NCBI GenBank assembly: GCA_036011265.1
Contig: DASCNB010000281.1
Coordinates: forward strand, 1 to 43,285
Source of the DNA: Nitrospinota bacterium
GTDB taxonomy: Bacteria > Nitrospinota > Nitrospinia > CAJXCL01
DNA length: 43,285 bases
Reading direction: 5' to 3'
Numbering within the stretch: the first letter of the stretch is position 1; each line of letters begins with the position of its first letter. A model generated the notes under the pieces. The model saw only the letters and a program-made list of their open reading frames with translations. It made no database searches and was not told the DNA's origin. Positions 38,670 through 43,285 of the stretch are shown piece by piece. The translations under genes and the position numbers were made by a program.

Positions 38670-39197
38670 TTGATCCTTAATTATTTGCAGCCTCTAAATC
38701 CACTCGCAGGTCTATTAATAAACATATTTGTGCAAGTAATTTCTTATAGAATGCTTTTAAGTTCTTTTCTCTTAAAATCTGTCTATACAGGGTTTGCAGC
38801 AGGATTTATCTTTGTAACATTATATGAATATTATGTTTTTTTTACTATTGCAACACCAATAAAACAATTTTTGTCAGTCCTTATAGTTAATTTATTAACA
38901 TACACTTCATTGGGCTATTGCTTTTTCCATTTTATAAATTTAGGGGTAACTGCTCGACGTGTTAGGATACTAATTGAATTGGATGAATCTAAAAAAGGTC
39001 TTTCAATGAAGGAAATTCTTAGCAGATATAATGCGAAGTGTGTTGTTGAAATGAGAATTAGAAGGCTAATGAGCAGTGGTCAGGTTACATACAATAATGG
39101 TAGATACTATATAGGCAGTCCTATACTGTTATTAATGGCGAAAATTATAATAACAATGAAATTAATAATTCTTGGAAAAAAAAGCGAATTTGACTGA
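38670..39197 (+). CDS. Hypothetical membrane protein: 3 TM helices plus C-terminal winged-helix-like domain
   Basis: Same architecture as the neighbouring gene: RVRILIEL...GLS..EI...RIRRL...GQV...GRYY; TTG start. Confidence 0.6.
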   Translation: MILNYLQPLNPLAGLLINIFVQVISYRMLLSSFLLKSVYTGFAAGFIFVTLYEYYVFFTIATPIKQFLSVLIVNLLTYTSLGYCFFHFINLGVTARRVRILIELDESKKGLSMKEILSRYNAKCVVEMRIRRLMSSGQVTYNNGRYYIGSPILLLMAKIIITMKLIILGKKSEFD

Positions 39198-39224
39198 AAT
39201 TTATTAAAAAACCTTTAGATCAAA

Positions 39225-40787
39225 ATGATATTAATTAATTCTTCTTCAAAAGATGCACTAAAAATATTTCAACCATTTCTTCCTATTTATGTACCCGTTG
39301 GCATTGGGTTTCTCCTTGCAGTTGCGGAGCGTGAGAATATTCACGCAAGACATATAGATCAACAAATTGAAAAAAATTTTTTTGGCTTAATTGCAGAGCA
39401 TGTTAAAAAAATGAAAAAACCGTACATCTTTGGATTTAGCGTGATGACTGCAGCCTATAAGAGCAGCATAATTGTTTCAAAAAAATTAAAAAAACTCTAT
39501 CCAGATTCTATTATCTGCTTTGGCGGTATCCACCCATCCGCAATTCCAGAAGAGGTTTTAATCAATAAGCACATAGATGCTGTAATTAGAGGAGAAGGAG
39601 AGCTAATATTGCCTGAATTTTATAGGCGAGTCAAAGAAGGAAATAATTTTGACGATCTTAATAATATTTCATTCCGAAAGGATGGAATAGTTATTCATAA
39701 CCAAAGAGAAATTGCTAACAAGAGCCTGGATAGTTTGCCTCCGTTCCCTTATCATCTCTTTACATCTCCAAAATATGATTTAGGATTTGTAGTAAGTTCT
39801 CGAGGTTGTCCATACAAATGTATTTTCTGCAGTAATATTATTGCAACAGGAAAGAGTTATAAGTGTAGATCTGAAAGTATTATAGTAGACGAACTTGATC
39901 TTTTATACCATAAATACGGAAAAAAGTTTGTTCTTTTTCTAGATGATAACTTTCTTGTTAGCAAAGAAAGGATATACAACTTAATCGATAAAATAAAGCA
40001 AAGAGGGTTACACAAGAAAATGACTTTTAGCTTTCAGGCTAGAGGGGATACTGCTGATTATAAACTTTTTAAAGATTTGTATAATTGTGGTTTTAGAAGT
40101 GTTTTTTTTGGAATGGAAACAGCCTCCAATCGTATTATGAAAATTATTAAAAAAGGCGAAACCGTAGAACAATGCGTTTCTGGAGTGCAGACGGCAAAAC
40201 AGGTAGGTTTTCATGTGAGCGCCGCATTTATCTATGGTTTTCCTGGTGAAACCCATAAAGATAGAATGGATTGCGTTGAAATAAGTAAGAATCTGGAATT
40301 AAACATGGTTAGATTCAACAATGCTACTCCCTATCCTGGGACCAAACTGTATGATATAGCCAAGAAAGAAGGGCGCTTGAATATACAGGGTTTATATGAA
40401 AACTTTTTTTCTGTTTCGACCTTTATTGAAAATCCATTCAAAAAAATACCTTTTTCCTATGTTCCTATTGGCAGTACTGAAAGAGAGATCAGAAACGATA
40501 TTCTTTTAAGTTATCTTTCTTTTTATACCGATATAAAAAAAATTAAAAGAATATTTTCAAATCCTAATGAGGGGGTAGGCTGGTTTAATGCGGGTGAAAA
40601 GTTTTTAGAAATGTTAAAAAAACTTCCTGCATTGATGCTTTTAGCAGCGCTGCTGTCCGTAAAATTTATGCAGCTGATTATTGATGTATTTGTGAAAAAG
40701 AACACTCATATTTCTTATGCTGAATTCATGCAAATTATAACATTTGGACAACATATTAAAAAAAACTCTTCTTTAAATTTGAGGTAA
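39225..40787 (+). CDS. Cobalamin-binding radical SAM enzyme (class B methyltransferase-like)
   Basis: PVGIG, GFSVMT, GGIHPS, RGEGE, SSRGCPYKCIFC, DDNF, GMETAS, GFPGET, PYPGT. Confidence 0.93.
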   Translation: MILINSSSKDALKIFQPFLPIYVPVGIGFLLAVAERENIHARHIDQQIEKNFFGLIAEHVKKMKKPYIFGFSVMTAAYKSSIIVSKKLKKLYPDSIICFGGIHPSAIPEEVLINKHIDAVIRGEGELILPEFYRRVKEGNNFDDLNNISFRKDGIVIHNQREIANKSLDSLPPFPYHLFTSPKYDLGFVVSSRGCPYKCIFCSNIIATGKSYKCRSESIIVDELDLLYHKYGKKFVLFLDDNFLVSKERIYNLIDKIKQRGLHKKMTFSFQARGDTADYKLFKDLYNCGFRSVFFGMETASNRIMKIIKKGETVEQCVSGVQTAKQVGFHVSAAFIYGFPGETHKDRMDCVEISKNLELNMVRFNNATPYPGTKLYDIAKKEGRLNIQGLYENFFSVSTFIENPFKKIPFSYVPIGSTEREIRNDILLSYLSFYTDIKKIKRIFSNPNEGVGWFNAGEKFLEMLKKLPALMLLAALLSVKFMQLIIDVFVKKNTHISYAEFMQIITFGQHIKKNSSLNLR

Positions 40788-40835
40788 AGAGCTAAGCTCT
40801 ATTTGCCCCTTCAAAAAAATAAAACTTTCCCCGGC

Positions 40836-42545
40836 TTACTTGGTTACAGTCGAAAGCTTCTGAGTGAAATCCTTACTTCCCATATATCTATAAATTACAA
40901 CATTCCTATCCGATTGAGGGGTTTTGAATTGATGAATTTGTATTTCAAAAACATTATTTCCATATCGTGCCGGATAATCCAGTACAATTTTTTGATAGTT
41001 ATTTTTTTTTATATAATCGAAAATATAGTCTCTATAAAAATCTTCTTTCTTTTTAATTTCTATTCTAGTTTCAATAGTTTTTTTCAGAACTGACCCGAAC
41101 GGAGAACTTTTTCTTAAAATTATCCAATCCGGACTTTCTGGAAAAGGAATTTCATAAATTCGCCTGAAGTTAGTATGAAACGCAAATGATGCAAATTCAT
41201 GGTTCATCAAAAAAGTATCATCTTTGCCCCCATGCTTTTTGACATATTCTACTATTCCATTCAAAGGACCTCGGTACTGATGAGTAATTTCGTATAAATA
41301 TTTTAAAAATACAGATTTTAATTCTATTTGCCATTTAAAAGTTGAAATTGGTCCTCTGAAATACTCTGTTTTCTTTAGGGACTCTGTGACTTTATTTCCA
41401 GAAAGATAATCAATCCCTTTAAAAGCAAAAAGAGGACCGACATGAACAACATTGGAAAAAATTAAAAATCCTAAAACAATTATAATTAGCCAGGATTTTT
41501 GTTTTGATATTAACCGGGAAATAATACGTGCCGTAAAAATATAAAAAAGGGGCAGAATGCCTGCGATATAATGTTGTTGAGGCGTATAGTGTAGCGTAGA
41601 AACCCCGATGGTTGAAAAAATCAGAATTGTTATTAATACAAGTTCTTTATGTTTTAGCAGATACTCCTTCTTGAAAAAATCCTTTGAAGCAAAAAACAAA
41701 AATACTAAAGGAAATATATAATTGTTAATTTGAAATAAAAATGAAAAAAAACGTTTTGTTAAAGATAGTATATCATTCTTGTGCGGTATGCCAGTAACAG
41801 CTACCCAATAGTGTTTGCTTATTCTTTCGAAAGCTGGATACGTGTATAGTATCCAGGGAGCTGTCATAAAAAATATTATCAAAAATGGGATAAAAAATTG
41901 CTTTACTCGAGCTTTGTTTCTCTCATAAACAAGCAGATGTAAAATTATTCCCGCTAAAACTCCTGAGCAGAAAATATGCATAGAATGAAAGAGCATGGCT
42001 GAGGATATGATAAAACCTACAGCGCTCCACTTTTTATGCTCGAGCATTTGAAAATAAAACCATATTATTAACAATGTAAATGGGATTTCAAAAGATATGT
42101 ATCGAGCTGTTCTAAAATATAATAAAAGAGGAACAGAACAAATAAAGAGCAAAGTTGCAATGGCAGCTTCTTCTTTGTTTCTGTTAATTTTCAAAGTTAA
42201 GAAGTACAAGAGAGGCACAGATAAAACAGCGAGCAAGGCTGAAGGAAAACGAGCTGCAAAGGAATTTTGACCGAAAATATATAACGATAAAGCTCTTACA
42301 TAATAGGGAAACCAGGGTTGTATTTTCTGTCTCCCATCCATAGCCATTAGATAGTCTACTTCATTTATGCCATCGCTATTAGCAGGATACCCAAATTTTA
42401 GAGTTGTAAGGCTGTAAAAGGAAGCTACCCCTTCATCAACTCCCAAAGCGTTCTCACCAAGTCTCGGGAAAACTAAAAAAGCACTTAAAATAATCAAAAA
42501 GTACAATGTTTTATGGGTGTATATTTGTTGTATTAGTTTGTTCAT
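40836..42545 (-). CDS. ArnT/PMT-like GT-C glycosyltransferase (lipid-linked donor)
   Basis: LGVDE acidic motif in the first loop, FAARFPSAL, RTARY, multiple TM helices, periplasmic C-terminal domain. Confidence 0.82.
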   Translation of the reverse strand: MNKLIQQIYTHKTLYFLIILSAFLVFPRLGENALGVDEGVASFYSLTTLKFGYPANSDGINEVDYLMAMDGRQKIQPWFPYYVRALSLYIFGQNSFAARFPSALLAVLSVPLLYFLTLKINRNKEEAAIATLLFICSVPLLLYFRTARYISFEIPFTLLIIWFYFQMLEHKKWSAVGFIISSAMLFHSMHIFCSGVLAGIILHLLVYERNKARVKQFFIPFLIIFFMTAPWILYTYPAFERISKHYWVAVTGIPHKNDILSLTKRFFSFLFQINNYIFPLVFLFFASKDFFKKEYLLKHKELVLITILIFSTIGVSTLHYTPQQHYIAGILPLFYIFTARIISRLISKQKSWLIIIVLGFLIFSNVVHVGPLFAFKGIDYLSGNKVTESLKKTEYFRGPISTFKWQIELKSVFLKYLYEITHQYRGPLNGIVEYVKKHGGKDDTFLMNHEFASFAFHTNFRRIYEIPFPESPDWIILRKSSPFGSVLKKTIETRIEIKKKEDFYRDYIFDYIKKNNYQKIVLDYPARYGNNVFEIQIHQFKTPQSDRNVVIYRYMGSKDFTQKLSTVTK

Positions 42546-42565
42546 TTACATAAAATTAAAAAATC

Positions 42566-42623
42566 AGCAACGGAAATACATGGAAATCCACAGATATTTT
42601 TAGCCACGGATAAACACGAATTA
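42566..42623. repeat. Degenerate short repeats (GCAACGGAAATACATGGA / CCACAGATA / GCCACGGATAAACACGAA)
   Basis: Three related CCAC(A/G)GA-type units in the intergenic gap, similar to those at about 30338-30357. Confidence 0.35.
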
Positions 42624-42662
42624 TCAAAATAAACCATAAAGGGGCTTAACTAAGATTTGTAT

Positions 42663-43285
42663 CTAAGACAGATATTTAATATTCCACAGATCGCATTTTC
42701 CACAAATTTCAGTCTGTTTTTTCCGAAATTCTATAAATTCTTTACCGTTCCAAATATCCTTTAGTTCTCCCTGAATAATATTATCAATCTTATGCATGGG
42801 CAGTCCGCAGCATGGGGTGACGTCCCCATTCAGGTTTATATACACATAGGTGTATGTTTTTAGACAATATTTTCCAAATCGGTGAAGAGCATATTTTAAA
42901 ATTTTATAAATTTCTTTTTGAATTCCCTTTCCCACAGAATACTGAATACAATCGACTTCAATGCCTCTCTTTCTCCCCAACCGGTTGGCTTTGATTAATA
43001 TATCCTTTTCTTCTTCTCTTGAAGGTCTTGGGAGATCCTCATTAAACCGTAGATCCAATCGTCCCAGGTTAACTCTATCAATTCCTACAGAAGAACCCCA
43101 CTGGATAAGGTTAAAGATTTCATCTCCGCCATTCTTTTGTATAGTAGACTGAAGAGTTACTTTTGGCTTACGACCATTTCTGCTCTCTAAAAGAGTTACT
43201 ATATTTTTTTGAGCTGCATGATTTTCATGCCCAAACCGTGAATTTCCATTTAAGGTATCTATAGAAAATGAAATAGAATCGATTC
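42663..43285 (-). CDS. Radical SAM/SPASM enzyme, C-terminal part (5' end beyond the window)
   Basis: Manual translation shows the frame open to the window edge (IDSISFSIDTLNG...VTLQSTIQK...), then C..TY..VYINLNGDVTPCC...DIWNG...CGKC. Confidence 0.82.
   Translation of the reverse strand, partial: IDSISFSIDTLNGNSRFGHENHAAQKNIVTLLESRNGRKPKVTLQSTIQKNGGDEIFNLIQWGSSVGIDRVNLGRLDLRFNEDLPRPSREEEKDILIKANRLGRKRGIEVDCIQYSVGKGIQKEIYKILKYALHRFGKYCLKTYTYVYINLNGDVTPCCGLPMHKIDNIIQGELKDIWNGKEFIEFRKKQTEICGKCDLWNIKYLS

Noticed and set aside
40788-40800. Palindrome AGAGCT-A-AGCTCT between convergent genes as a terminator
   Set aside because: The stem is short, the loop is too small and there is no clear U tract
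4940-43152. Many short ORFs from the six-frame track (e.g. 4940-5197, 9649-9921, 12442-12741, 15434-15784, 28310-28687, 34835-35191, 40803-41093)
   Set aside because: They are antisense or alternate-frame shadows of well-supported genes and have no recognisable motifs
1-43285. CRISPR arrays, tRNA/rRNA, IS transposases, integron cassettes, prophage
   Set aside because: No regularly spaced repeats, cloverleaf/rRNA signatures, transposase/integrase ORFs or attC-like sites seen by eye

Overview
AT-rich bacterial window (roughly one-third GC by eye) that is almost entirely one large cell-surface glycan biosynthesis and tailoring locus, built from blocks on alternating strands. From left to right: (1) a pseudaminic-acid-type nonulosonate module (SpsF/PseF-like cytidylyltransferase, NodU/CmcH carbamoyltransferase, SDR epimerase, PseG, PseI) and a Wzx flippase; (2) a degenerate ~1.2 kb gap; (3) a B12 radical SAM enzyme, a TagF-like transferase, a TylF-type O-methyltransferase and a second CMP-activation module (cyclase, cytidylyltransferase, SDR, 2-hydroxyacid dehydrogenase, HAD); (4) an unusual pyruvate kinase-ATP sulfurylase fusion followed by two sulfotransferases; (5) a minus-strand block with GT2, GT4, radical SAM, GT-C and flippase genes; (6) a plus-strand operon of radical SAM enzymes, GT9, a stand-alone TPP E1 alpha/beta pair, GT2, two membrane/winged-helix-like proteins and a B12 radical SAM enzyme; (7) an ArnT-like GT-C and a radical SAM gene truncated by the window edge. 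There are eight radical SAM genes in total. I found no rRNA, tRNA, CRISPR array or transposase. The best candidates for undescribed biology are the PK-Sat/sulfotransferase unit and the radical SAM + TPP-enzyme sugar-tailoring operon. All calls come from reading motifs by eye; no database searches were run.
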